The notes under the pieces: generated by a model
What the model was told of the DNA's origin: nothing
The model's database searches: none
Seen by the model: only the letters and a program-made list of their open reading frames with translations
NCBI RefSeq assembly: GCF_018977255.1
Contig: NW_024704742.1
Span: 136,650,001 to 136,714,000 of the forward strand
Direction of reading: 5' to 3'
Length of the DNA: 64,000 nt
DNA from: Callorhinchus milii
Taxonomy: Eukaryota
Made by a program: the position numbers and the translations under genes
In this document: in pieces, positions 36,101-49,058 of the stretch
Position numbering within the stretch: position 1 is the stretch's first letter
How the letters are laid out: each line of letters starts with the position of its first letter

Positions 36101-39100
36101 TGTTGTTTTACCCCACAAGCAAGGTGCTATATAATTGGATGTTGTTACCATCTCCGTGTCTTTGTATTGAGGAATACACAGTAAAATGGTCCATCTGGCA
36201 AGTCCCAAGAAAAAATTTAAATTCTACACGATTCTCCCACACCCTCAATCAATATCTTTGCCAAATAGTTAACTCCCTCTCAGCATTGTTGGCACAGTCT
36301 GTATCCCTCACCTCCCAGGGTCATCTATTCCACAATCTCACTGCTTTCTGCGTAAACTTATTACATCAGAACTGTCTGTTCACCATCCCCTCTTATGACC
36401 TTTGAATCTGTGTCCCCTTAAGGACACAAAAGTAATAATAATTTGGTCACTCAATCCATAACATTTGTGAGACACTGCTGTGTGCAATTGGCTGCCGCGT
36501 TTCGCCCACAAAGTATACAGTCAATTCACTTTACGGTATATTCCGTGAAGCGCTTTGAGACATCTTGAAGACTTAGTGAGGCGCTATATCAAATGCAAGG
36601 ATTATTATTATTACAAAATTGAGCCCATCGAGTTAGTTGCACCAGTTTGTTTGATCATGGAAGATTTTTAAAATTTATTTCGCCCTTCCACTTTATGTGT
36701 TTACTTCCCACATATCTTCCTGTTAAATATCCTAGTTGTAGATTTTTGTTCCCCATGTTAAACATGGGCTCAGTTTGTCTATGCCCTTTAGAATGATCAA
36801 GTGCTGGCTTATGAACAGCAGTCATTTCTGTTTTTCACTTGCTCTGAATTTGACGAGGGTTTCCTTTTCCCTGGTTTCTGGACTTCTTCCTAATAGTTTG
36901 CCTGTAAAACCTCTTGCTCCTCTCCCAAAGACATAGTCCTGATGACACGTGAACTACACATCTGTGAACTCTCTGTATAGTGTGTGGCTTCAGCAACATG
37001 AAAACTATTTGTGAGAGTGGACAGACTATCTGGCTGTCTCTCCAGGCTGTTTTTATTTAGCTTATTGGAGCTTTGAGCTCAGTGTCCTGGTGTCCTAGCT
37101 GACAATCCCCCACATAAAATTGACGGTTTGTGGGACATTGTTTTGTGCCAATTGCTATATTTCTATTCACCTATAAATGCACAGTCTCTTCAGTTTACAG
37201 CAGTGTGGAGATTTTTGTGATGGTTTGATGAAATAGGTACTGTATCAAATATGATTATTATTATTAAAGTGGACAAAATGCTAAATGGGATTGCGAAAGT
37301 TAATTCCAGAACAAAGCTTTCAGATTACACTAAGACACAGCAGTACAAGAGTCTACACTTTTAGCAACGTGAAAGGCAGATATCCAGGGAGTGTTTCTTT
37401 ACACAGAGTCTAATCACTGACTGGGTTACCTGCGAGAGGGGTAGGGATTAGGATGTTGGGAGTTATTTAAGAAGTCTCTCAATGTAATAAAATAAATAAT
37501 AATAATTGTTGCATTTGATACAGTGCCTTACCATGTCTTCAAGACGTCTCAAAGCACTTCACAGAATATACTGGAAAGTGAATTGACTGTATATTTTGTG
37601 GGCAAAACACGGCAGCCAATTGCGTACAGCTCCTGTTGCAATGTAATGTGGGACCAAACAAAACAATGGAAGAATGGAGGAAGGAGAATATTTATTTTTA
37701 CCCAGACGTTTATTTGCCCAGGGCACGGTCAAAAACAGTGGTTGAAACAGAATCCATTTGGTTTTTGAAAGGGATTGAAATATGTGAAAAGGCAAAAATA
37801 TGCAAGATTTTTACATTTATTTAACAAGTGCCTGGCCTGTTACCTGAGCTGAGGGTGGGAGCGAGGTGGTGGGGAGGGGAAATATGACCGAACATGTGGT
37901 GAAAGAGATGGACCTTGAAAGATGAGGGAGGGATCCTGTTGGACGGACTATCTAAAAAGGAAAGGGAAGAGGCATTGGATTGTGGCTAAATGGAGAGAGT
38001 GCTATCAGAGAGCTATCACAGACACAATAGCTGAATCTATGGGAACACATTGATGATAGTAATAATCATAATCCTTGCATTTGCTGTAGAGCCTTTCATG
38101 TTTTGGGAGGTAGTCTCAAGGAACTCCACAGGATTTCCTGTAGAGCGTCTTGTCTATTTTGTAGGCAAACACAGCAGCCAATTTGCACTCAGTAATTTCC
38201 ACAAACAGCCATAAAGTGAGTGACCAATTTTTTCTAGGGGATTGTTGGCCAGCCACCGGGAGAAACTCCCTTTTCTTTGTGTAGTGCAATTGGATCTTTA
38301 ACATCCACCTGAACAGGATGGGATCTCGATTTAATGTCTCATCCGAACCTCCAACAAGGCAACACCCCCCACCCCCCCAGTTCTGCATTGGAGTGTGAAT
38401 ACACCAATACCTATTCAATACGAAGGCTGTGAACTCAGTCTTGATGTGGGGCTTAAGCCAGGTAACAAAATAAATAATAATAAAATAATTATAATTTGTT
38501 CACTCAATCCACGACTGCTTCTTGGGCACTGCTGTGTGCAATTGGATGCTGCATTTTGCCCACAAAATGTATAGTCAATTCACTTTACAGTATATTCTGT
38601 GAAGGACTTTGAGACGTCTAGAAGACTTGATAAAGCGATTTATCAAATGCGAGGATTATTGTTATTATTACAAAATTGAGCCCATTGAGTCGGTTCCACC
38701 AGTTTGTTTGATCATGGCAGATCTTTTAACCCCATTTCCCCCTTCTACTTTATAAGTTTACTTGCCACATATCTTCTTGTTAAATATTCTAGTTGTAGAT
38801 TTTTGTTCTACAAGGATTATTATTGTGGAAGAGAGAAGTCAGATCGGCTGAAACACCTTCTGGATCTGATTCTCCTTTGCGATATTGCGAAGACTCCGAC
38901 ATCTTTCACTCTGAATTCAGTGATAACTGAGCAATATTTATCTTGCGTCTCACCAAATATCGATGAGGGATTTCCTCTCAAGGCTCTTGATTCCTTTTAT
39001 GTTTAAATAATGGAAGGAGATCGATGTATGAGAAGTGAAACATTGAGCACTGCACTCAGCTCAAGAGATGCGGTTAGAGTCTCCTGGCTACTTTCCAATA

Positions 39101-39329
39101 GACATGGGCTCCACTGCCAGACTGATGTGTGCGCAAATCATGACCCATCTTCTAGTGACTATTTCTTAAACTTGCTATTTGTAGATTTTTATTGGGGCCA
39201 ATGTAGACACAATATAATAACTCTCCTATGGATGATGATGATGACGATAATAAATATCCTTGCATTTGATATAACGTCTTATTTCATCAAAACATTTCAA
39301 GCTCTGCACATTAATTATACTCTTAAATG

Positions 39330-39830
39330 TAGTCCCTGCTTTTCGGCCTCCCCAATTCCTCCCTCATCCACAACTCTGCAGCCCTTATCCTCTCCCACAC
39401 CAGGCTCTGCGACCCTATGACTCCTATTCTCACCTGACCCCACTGGCTTCCCATTACACAGAGGATACAGTTCAAGATCCTGGTCCTCACTTGCAAAACC
39501 CTCCATGACCTTGCTCCCCCTCTGTGACCTCCTAACCCCCTACCAACCTGCCCACTCCCTCTGCTCAGCGGGCTACGGCCTGCTTCACGTCCCCGCCTGA
39601 CCCACCATTGGAGGCAGGCCTACAGCCACTCCAATCCAACTCCATCCACAGTCCTTCCAACTTGCCCCTCCCTTTCCTCCTTCAGGTCACGTTTCAAGAC
39701 CCTCCTCTTTGATCTCCCTCCTTCCCCCCGCTGCCCTCCTCCTCAATCCTGACCCCCAGCTCCAGTGCCTTGGGTCTTCCTCCCGACGTGAAAGGTGCTA
39801 TACAAATATAATTTTGTTTGTTTGTTGTTT
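39330..39830 (+). mobile_element. L2 LINE 3' fragment (degraded)
   Basis: cactggcttcccatt..ttcaagatcctggtcctcac.. and tail cccgacgtgaaaggtgctatacaaat. Confidence 0.8.
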
Positions 39831-40408
39831 GCTTTTGTAGGCAAACACAGCAGGCAATTTGTTCAATGTCAAACAGCCAGGAGATAAACGAGTAATTTAA
39901 TTGGGGAGAAACTCTCCTCATTTCAAATAGTGTTGCAGACTCTTTAACATCCACCTGAACAGGCAGATAGGACCTGGGTTTTATCTGTAGGATGGATCCA
40001 GAGAAACCCCTCCAACGGACATGTTATGTGGTGGCGGAATACTCACTGATGAGTTTGGAATAGTTAAATATTGCTGTCAAGAGGGAAGTCTGTGAAGAGG
40101 GATCCATGTATTAAGACAGTGTCCTATGGTTTTAGTTTCCTCTGTGGATGTGGATAACACTTCCCCAGAAGACCTTAGGGGCAGAAAACAACAACAATTT
40201 GCATTAATGTAGCTCACTGCACATGAGGAGAGTCTCGGAATGCTTAACTGTGACCCTGAGCGGGGGGGGTGACTGTAGGCACGGTCATAGGGGAAGGTCT
40301 TTAATTGTTTGGGATGTTAAGGTCGATAGATGCATATTTAATATTAAGCTTACGGAGAAAAGGAGGTGAAATGGATAAAAAGATTTGGCATGATCTGACA
40401 TAAGATCA

Positions 40409-40730
40409 ATAATAATGATCCTTGCATTTGATTATAGCGCCTTATCACGTCATTCAGGCATCTCAAAGTGCTTCACAGAATATATTGTAAACTGAATTGA
40501 CTGCACAGCAGTGTCCCACAAACAGTCGTGATTGAGTGACCAAAATATATATTTTTTTAAAGAAATTATTAACCCCGGAAAGTGATCCGCCAATCTACTA
40601 ACAATTGGGTTCCTACTTACTGACAGGTAACCAGAGGCGTGTGGAGTAAGGAAACTTGCCTAAGGTTTCTCCCTGCCTGGGAATCAAATCTGGGTTCTCT
40701 TGCATGCGAGGCGAGTGCTCTCATCACTAT
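40409..40730 (-). mobile_element. tRNA(Ala)-headed SINE
   Basis: Minus-strand copy of the common family. Confidence 0.82.
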
Positions 40731-42034
40731 TCTACGGAAGTAAAATGGACTGAATGGTCTCTGGTTCTGTTTAGTGTAATGCAGAGAGGTGGGGGAGACA
40801 GAGGGAATTACATTACTCATTTACATTCATGCAATACATTTCACATCTGGAGGATATCCCAAGGCCTGGAGAGTCCGGGGTTTGCACCCTGCATTAGATA
40901 GGTATTTGGTGAAGAATTTGATTGAGTGAGATTCACTTTGGAACCAGACAGATTGACAGAGATGGTGTTTTACATTCCTGTACATTCCTATGTACATAAT
41001 GCTGTAATTTGGTGACCGATGCAGGGAGCTGGGGTGGTAATTAGTGGGCCAACTGTTGGCATTGGTACCCGTGGGAAAAGAGAGACTCAATGGGGAATCG
41101 CGTGGGTGGGAAAGCGAGAGAGTAATGATAACCGAAAGCAGCCAATTTGTGCACAACAATGTCCAAGAAATCGCCATGAAGTGAATGACCAGTTTTATAT
41201 GGGGGATTGTTGACCAGGAAACCAGGAGAGAGAAACTCCCTTCTCTTTTTGAGATCTTTAACCTGAACAGGCAGACGGGACCTCGACTTAACATCTCTTC
41301 CGACAGATGTCACCTCCAACAACCCAACAATGCACTGTACACTGTGAGTTCAAAGTTCTGTTGTGGGACTTGACACCACAACCGTCTCGAAAGCGAGAGT
41401 GCTGCCAACTGAGCCAAGCTGACACTTGGTAAATGTGACAGACTAGAATGGGTTAGCAGTGCTGTGGAAAATATACTAGTCAGGCAGGGCTATATGACGT
41501 CAGATCCCTCAGTGACCTCTTTGTGATAGACTTTGTGTTCAGTTTATTCAAAGTCTGAGATGTCATTATGTATCGCACGTAATTCTTGTCAAGTGTAGTG
41601 ACTGCTTTGTGGGCAAACATCGCAGCCAATTTGTGCACCTCAAAGGCTCCACAAACAGCTGTGACGTGAATGTAATTTATCCAGAGGATCGCTGGCCAGG
41701 ATAAGCACCAACACACAAACGCTGGCAATGAGCTCGTTGAAAGTTGAGATGAAAAGTAAATGAAATGCTGAATTTCCTTGCCGTGTAGTTTGCCCGCAGT
41801 TCTCAAGCTGAGGGCGCAGATTTGCTGCCTGGCTGCCCCCAAATCCACTCCTGCCGTGCAGGCAATGCCAGCCAGCGAGTCCTTGGCCACAGTCACTTCC
41901 CTTCTTGCCTGTGGGGGCAGTGCCAAGCCTCCTGGCCCCTTGATGACCTGCCAATATCAGGGGCACAGCACGTTGGCACAATGTGGCACAGCTGCCCTCC
42001 TGATCATGTTGCACCACACATTGCTGACAGCTGG

Positions 42035-42716
42035 CTCACACCACACACAGCCCCCACACACACAGACCCCCCCACACACAGACCCCCCCACACACAGACC
42101 CACCCACACACAGGCCCCACACACACAGACCCCCTCCACACACAGACCCACCCACACATACAGACCACCACCACACACATACAGACCCCTCCCACACACG
42201 CATAGACCTTACCCCATACACGCACAGACCCCCCCCCCCCACGCGCACAGACCCTCCCCACACACGCACAGACCCCTCCCCACACGCGCATAGACCCCAC
42301 ACACACACACACAGACAACCCCCCCCATACGCACACACCCACCCCACAGACCCCTACCCTCACACCATCTCCACTTCCAACTCCGCCCCACACCTCACCA
42401 CCCCAACCCCACCTCCACACCCCCGCATGCCCCCCACAGACCCCCACACCCACACCCGCTCCACACACACACCCCTGCACACATTTCCACACACTCCCCC
42501 CCGCACACACCCACACACACCCCACCCCCACATGCACACCCCTCCCACACACACACAGCCCTCCCACACACACTCCCCACACACACTCTCCCCCACACAC
42601 ACACAACCCCCCCACACACACATACCCCTCTCTACCACCACACAAAGGACCCCCCCCCACACACACACAAGCCCCCCACACACACAACCCACCCCCCCCC
42701 CACACACACAGACACA
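42035..42716. repeat. C/A-rich low-complexity tandem array (degenerate cacacacagacccc-type units)
   Basis: Almost only C and A on the + strand. Produces spurious Pro/His/Thr and Cys/Val/Gly ORFs. Confidence 0.95.
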
Positions 42717-42722
42717 CGGTGT

Positions 42723-43315
42723 CAACAACAACAACAACAACATGATTCCATTTATAGAGCGCCTTTCACGTCAGGAGGACGTCCCAAAGTACTGGACAGT
42801 TGGTTCAGGACCGAGCAGGGGGGAAATGGTCAGGGTGAGGGGAGGGAAGGGAGAGAGCAAGGAAGGGGGAAATGGTCAGGGTGAGGGGAAGGAAGGGAGG
42901 GAGCGAGGAGGGGGTAGAGAGTCGAGAGGGGAGCTGAAGGCACGGTCAAAGTGAAAGGTCTTGAGACCGGCCTTGAAGGAGGAAAGGGAGGAGACGGCGA
43001 AGGCACTGGGGGATGGAGTTCCAGAGTATAGGGGCTGAGAGGCTGAAGGCCGGCCACCGATGGTAGGGCGGTTGGAGCTGGGGATGTGGGGCAGACCGGA
43101 GCCAGAGGAACGGAGGGTACGGGCAGGTAGATAGGGGGATATTAGGTCGGAGAGGTAGGAGGGAGCGAGGCCGTGAATGGCCTTGTAGGTGAGGATGAGG
43201 ATCTTGAATTCGATCCTCTGGGGGATGGGGAGCCAGTGGAGGCGAGCGAGGGTGGGAGTGATGTGGTCACGAAGCCTGGTGCGGGACAGTACACGAGCTG
43301 CAGAGTTCTGAGTGT
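42723..43315 (-). mobile_element. Young 5'-truncated L2 LINE
   Basis: QNSAARVLSRTRLRDHITPTLARLHWLPIPQRIEFKILILTYKAIHGLAPSYLSDL. Highly similar to 3085-3623. Confidence 0.92.
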
Positions 43316-43654
43316 GATACGCATTTAGTTCCAAACCATGACACGACACTCATTGAAAGCAACCTCCTGAATCCCTCCTTCCCACACCTAATGAGTAAGA
43401 TCATAAAATAAATTGAGGGCAAGTTCAGAAGGATTTTTTTTTGAACGAGTGATGTGTAAATTATCTGTCACAATCCATTGTTGAAGCAGAAACGTCTTTT
43501 AAAAGGGAATAGGCGATTTGAAGAGGATGACTGTCAAGGGCATGGGGGAGAGAGCAAGAGAGTGGGAGTACATCAGATTAACTCACATAGAGAAAAACAT
43601 CAGGACTGATGTGAATGGCCATTTTTTTGTGCTGAAATATTCTGTTATTCGATT

Positions 43655-44340
43655 GTCAATGCTTTTCACATCGGGATGATGTCCCTAGGCCCTGGGCAGT
43701 CGAGGGATTGTACACAAACTGAGAGTTAGATTCAGGAGGCTGGAGGCAAAGGGAGGATAGGGGTGGCAAGGTGACTGAAGGAACAGCCAAAGACTCTTCA
43801 AGGGGATGTTGAACGAGGCAAAGGGACAGGTCCAGAGAGTAGAGGCTGAAGGCCCGACCACTGCTGGTGGGGTGGGCAGGGTGGGGGAAGTGAAGCCGGC
43901 CAGTTCCTGCCAAGCGGAGGGAGAGGGCAGGTTGGTGAGGTTTTAGAAGGGTGGGGTATGACTGTAGAGGGATTTAAAAATGAGGATAAGGATCTTAAAC
44001 TCGATCCTCTGGGAGGATGGAGAGCTGGGTCGTGGGGGTCAGGATATGTCTGTGAGGCGTGATATGGGAGAGGACGCGAGCTTCAGACTTCTGATTAGTC
44101 TGCAGCTTGGAGAGGGAAGAGTTGGGAAGTCTGTTGAGCAGAGTTGGCATAGGCAACAAGTTGGATAAAATTGATAAGGATCTCAGAAGCCCGAAGGGAG
44201 AGGTAGTGGTGGGGGAGGGCAATATTGTGGAGGTGAGAGGAAGCTGAGTCAGTTAAGGCACGGATGTGGGGTTTAAAGGACAGTTGAAGATCGATCAGGA
44301 CACCAAATTTCTGCGCTGGCTCTGTGAGCTGGTGAGTGCG
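43655..44340 (-). mobile_element. Old L2 LINE 3' fragment
   Basis: Decayed ORF2 C-terminus (..LPNSSLSKLQTNQKSEARVLS..) and L2-type tail. Confidence 0.75.
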
Positions 44341-44944
44341 TTGGCGAATAGTGATGCTGTCAGCACCAAGCAGGAGAGCCTCTGTCCTGTTGATATTTTT
44401 TCAACTGAATTCTCATCCAGGACTTGCAGCGAGGCGGCCAGACCGGGAGCAGAGAGTCAAATATCAATGGGGAGAAATATAGAATGTTTTTAGCACACTA
44501 ATTTTTTTACTGCAAAAGCCATGTGTTAGCATGTCATTGGTATTAATTGCATAATAAAGGGCATCTGTTATTCTCCCAGTACATTAGGCCCCCGATTCCT
44601 ACCCCCAGCTTAGGTCCAAATTCCTGACTGTCCAGCTCCTTAGGACGTCCTCCCAGCGTGAATAGCGCGACAGTAAATCAATCTCACACAAGTTGTATCC
44701 TACACTTAATAGGTTTCATGCAAAGTACAGATTATGTGAAACTTGCATAAGTTATGGGAAATTCAACAGGACTTGGGCAGATGTATGACTCAGGTGTACA
44801 TCCGCCCAAGATTATTTGTATACTGTCAAAGTCTGATCTGTATATGATTTATACAGATCAGACTTTGACTACATGCAAAAAAATGTTGTTGTCCTTTACA
44901 TAACTCGTATAATGGCTCCACAAACAGTTTCTGCTCCAGCCACC

Positions 44945-45950
44945 GCATGGCCTTGCGCCACGTTCCTTGGGCCCCTCTTCAATATCTATATGCTCCCTCT
45001 TGGTGACATCATCCACAGAGATGGGGCAATTTCCACATGTATGCGAATGACACCCAACTCTACCTCTCTGCCTCTATCCTTGACTCCAGGACCACTCCAG
45101 ACACAGAATGACTGTCAGACATCAAGTCCTGGATGAGAGCTAACTTTCTACAGCTGAAAATCAACAAGACCGAGGCTCTCCTGATTGGCTCCCGTCAGCA
45201 CCTCCTCACCTCAGGCGCTGACAGCATCACCATCCATGGTTGCACACTCCATCTTGCTAAGCCAGTCCGGAACCTTGGGGTCTTGTTTGACCCTCAGTTA
45301 TTCTTCTACCCCATGATCCACTCTGCCTTCCCCAACTCCACAACATTGCCCGGCTCCGCCACTGTCCCACACCGCAGGCCGCCAAAACCCTCATATCTAT
45401 GCTCAACTACGCCAACTCCCTGCTTGTCGGCCTCCCCAACTTTTCCCTCCACAAGCTGCAGATTATCCAGAACTCTGCAGTCCGTGTCCTCTCCTGCACC
45501 AAGGCTCCATGACCCCATCACCCCCACCCTTGCTCGGCTCCACTGACACCCCATCCTCCAGAGGATAGAGTTCAAAATTCTCATCCTCATCTTCAACGCC
45601 CTCCACGGCCTTGTCCCTCTGTATCTCTGCGACCTGCTGACCCCATATCAGTCTGTCCGCTGCCTCCGCTCTGCAGGCTCTGGCCACTCCGCCGTTGACC
45701 GCTAGGCCTTTAGCCTCTCTGCCCCCACCCTATGGAACTCTATCTCACATGTCCCTTCGCCTCACTCCCTCCCTTGCCTTCTTCAAGGCGCATCTCAAAG
45801 CTCTCCTCTTTGACCGAGCATTCGGCCACCCTCCCTGCCCTATACACTCTCACCGATTCTGACCCCCAGCTCGGGTCCAAATCCCTGGCTGTCCAGCGCC
45901 TTGGGACGTCTGCCCGACATGAAAGGCGCTGTACAAATGTAATTTATATT
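44945..45950 (+). mobile_element. L2 LINE 3' ~1 kb with frameshifted reverse-transcriptase remnant
   Basis: LGPLFNIYMLPLGDIIHR, then tatgcgaatgacacccaactctac (YANDTQLY, decayed YADD), then WMRANFLQLKINKTEALLIG..VRNLGVLFD. L2 tail present. Confidence 0.92.
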
Positions 45951-46186
45951 ATAGACTACGGTCTTTACACGTGATTTACACAATTCGCATGCTGCAGTTC
46001 TATGAAATGTCTGTTAGAAAACCAAACAGAAGAGGCAGAAAGAGGAAAAAATCCTTTGAACTGATGTAATCTGGGTCTAGATTCTGACGCTTCGGTTATT
46101 TCAGCCAATGTAAGTGATCCCCCTGTGTCGTCTGGAGCACAGTGACCCAGTGGTAGAGCAGACAAACTGAAGGTATCTTGTACATC

Positions 46187-47318
46187 AGAACGCAATACAT
46201 TGGCCTGGCACATATCTTCCATCAAGAAATGATCATTTTAAATGGGTACGTCTCAGACAAACAATGAAAGTAAGAATGAAAGTACTGTACAGTACTTTAA
46301 CAGAGATTAGCACATAGTCATTTGGCAGAGAGCTGAAGTCACAATTTGACATTCTGTCTGGAACTACTAATAATAGCCCTTGCAGTTGATATAGCACCTT
46401 ATCTCGCAATGAATACGCCTCGAAGCGCTTTACAGAATATATTGTAAAGTGGATTGGCTGTATATTTTGTGGGCGAAATGCAGCAGTGTCCCACAAATAG
46501 TTGTTTAGATAAGAATTCAAGTGATCTTAATATGTATCAGGTTTACGGTTAGTGATTTTGAAGCTGTGTGGCAAAAGATTAAATTTGTCTGTGGGTTCAT
46601 TACTCCTCTTTCTCTTCGTGTTTAGCCCCACTGCCCCTCCTTGCTACTCACTGGTACCCACTTCACCATCCTCTAGTCTAGTAGAAATATACAGTCAATT
46701 CACTTTACACTATATTCTGTGAAGCTATATCAAATGCAAGGATTATTGTTTGCAGAGCGGAGGCAGCGTGGAGTCCTGTAGCTCAGCGGTTAGAGCACTC
46801 GCTTTGCAAGCGAGAGACCTGAGTTCAATTCCAGGCAGAGGGCGAAACCTTGGGCAAGTTTCCTTACTCCACACAGAGCCTAATAATAATCCCTCCAAAA
46901 ACCAAAAACAATAATAAATTGGTCATTTTCAATCTACGACTGTTTGTGGGACATTGCTGTGCGCAATTGGCTGCCGCGTTCGCCCACAAATATACAGTCA
47001 ATTCACTTTGCAGTATGTTCTGCGGAGCGCTTTGGGACGTCCTCCCGACGTGAAAAGCGCTATATCAAATGCAAGGATTATTATTATTATTATTATTAAG
47101 GATTATTGTTATTTGCTTACAAAATACACAGTCACTCCACTTGGTTTGACGGCAGTTGCCAGTGAAGCTCTTCGAGACATTTGGACATGATCAATCTTAG
47201 AATTAAAGTACCATACAGTACTTTCATTCTTCCTTTCATTGTTTCTCTGTGAGAAGTACCCATTTGAAATGATAATTTCTTGATGGATGATATGTGCCAG
47301 GCCAATGTATTGCATTCT
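46187..47318. repeat. Long imperfect inverted repeat, arms 46187-46300 and 47203-47318
   Basis: Manual alignment of arm 1 with the reverse complement of arm 2 gives 9 substitutions and one 2-nt indel over ~115 nt. Confidence 0.95.
46768..47097 (+). mobile_element. Young tRNA(Ala)-headed SINE (short variant)
   Basis: Nearly identical to 58281-58620; long (TTA)n tail. Confidence 0.92.
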
Positions 47319-47611
47319 CAAACCTTGGTCTTTCCTTGTCTGTATTGGTGCGCCCTGGGGGTAGGAAGGGCTCGAGAGAGAGAGACAAGGCGAGGGAATG
47401 GGGTTTGATTACACACTGGTAATTTGAAAAAAATTCCAGTTTAGTGAAGAAAGCTGTATTATGCATCGTTGAAAGATGGCAAGCTGTGATTAAAAGACCA
47501 GGCTTTTTGTTGTTATACAAGGGTGGTTGTTTAGGCTGCTTTTGACTAGCTTTGTCTTTGATGTATAGGGCTTTTTTCTAAAAAAAATGCAATTTTATTC
47601 CTCTTTTACAG

Positions 47612-47725
47612 ACGCTAAAAAACATCACCTGGTACACTGAGCGGGTTCTGACAGAAATCTCCCTGGGAAGCCTCCTTGTTCTTGTGGTGATAAGGACTGT
47701 ACAGTACAACATGACGAGAACTAGG
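47612..47725 (+). CDS. DYM: Dymeclin internal coding exon (114 nt, phase 0/0); not in the ORF track
   Basis: Acceptor ttcctcttttacAG, donor GTaagc. Translates [38 protein letters not shown]. Confidence 0.98.
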
Positions 47726-47765
47726 GTAAGCTCCTTCATCACTATCTTGTTTTTCATCAGAACGT

Positions 47766-48111
47766 AGTAATAATAATAATAATCCTTGCATTTGATATCG
47801 TGCTTTATCACGTCTTTGAGACATCTCAAAGTGCTTCACAGAATATACTGTAAAGTGAATTGACTGTATATTTTAAGGGCAAAACGCGGCAGCCAATTGT
47901 GCACAGCAGCGTCCCACAAACAGTCGTGGATTGAAGTGACCAATTAATTTATTTATTTTTGAAGGAATTATTTCCCCCAGAAAAGCAATCCGCTAATTGA
48001 CTAACAACTGGGTTCCTACTTACTTGCCCAGTGTTTCACCCTGCCAGGAATCGAACCCAGGTCTCTTGCTTGTGAGGCAAGTGCTCTAACCACTGAGCTA
48101 CAGGACTCCAC
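47766..48111 (-). mobile_element. tRNA(Ala)-headed SINE starting ~40 nt downstream of a DYM donor
   Basis: Minus-strand copy with complete head (ends ..ctacaggactccac). Confidence 0.9.
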
Positions 48112-48799
48112 TAATAATAATAATAATCCTTGCATTTGATAGAGCGACTTATCAGACATCTCAAAGCGCTTCACTGTAAAGTGAATTCACTGAATATTTT
48201 GTGGGTAAATAAAAATTTGCTGGCAAAAGAAGACCAAGGTCCATCCAGTTTGCGTTCTGCCATCCTGGATCCGCACGCACGCACACATCATGTCCTAAAC
48301 TGTATAATAAGAAGGGAAAGAATTTGCTTTCTCTTCAGATCTTGGATGTTTGCTCTCCTGGTCTGCGTTTTGGTCCAAGCAATACCATTGGAAGACTCTG
48401 TTCTATTTTGAAGGCATTCTTAATTCTTAGTGGCCTTCAGCCTTTCTGCCCCCACCCTTTCTATCTCCATCCCACAATTCCTACGCCTTGCTTCCTCCCT
48501 TTGCTCCTTGAAAGCATAACTCAAGAGGGGGGAGGGGGCGTGGACCACAGGCAGAAAACAAAACTTGTACAACTTGGTTTAACCATAAAAAGAAAGGTTT
48601 ATTTTGTAAAAGAAAACTTTATCTTTACATCCGGCTGTTCCAATCTTCCCTCACATCTCCCAAGCTCCAGTTTTATACTGGTGCTCAATTATCACTTAGG
48701 GCTGGGCTCAATTTATCAGTCTGATTGGACCTTGTGTTAGCTCCCTTTCCATATAGACTGAGCTTCAATCATAAAAGGTATTTCTCCCCCTCTCCCATC

Positions 48800-49058
48800 T
48801 TTTTGGTCTGACACGTGCGGAAATCCATCACTATCCTTAAGAGTGTCAAACCAGACTGAGAATTCCATGTATGTCACCTACACATGGAAATGATCCCATG
48901 TCTGGAATAGAATGGCCGATCTCTCCCCAGAGCAACACACCCTGCAGTTGTCAATCTTGAGAGTTTTAGACACAACGTGGCAAGAGCCAAGCCTCGGGAA
49001 CCCAGGGTTTGTGTTGAGGTAACTGCTGGAGTCTAACCAGCTAAAACCATACAGCTTG
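48800..49058 (+). repeat. Family X repeat copy
   Basis: Colinear with 15138-15404 and 60419-60707. Confidence 0.82.

Noticed and set aside
41778..42954. Several long ORFs rich in Cys/Val/Gly or Pro/His/Thr (up to 237 aa)
   Set aside because: Translation of a C/A low-complexity array that lacks stop codons; no gene structure.
44772..44880. H/ACA snoRNA interpretation of the twin hairpins
   Set aside because: Hairpins are too short, lack pseudouridylation pockets, and H and ACA boxes do not occur together on one strand.
46770..46843. tRNA-Ala(TGC)-like gene (also at 58283, 50377 and 61224)
   Set aside because: Each is the head of a SINE and continues into the SINE body and tail.
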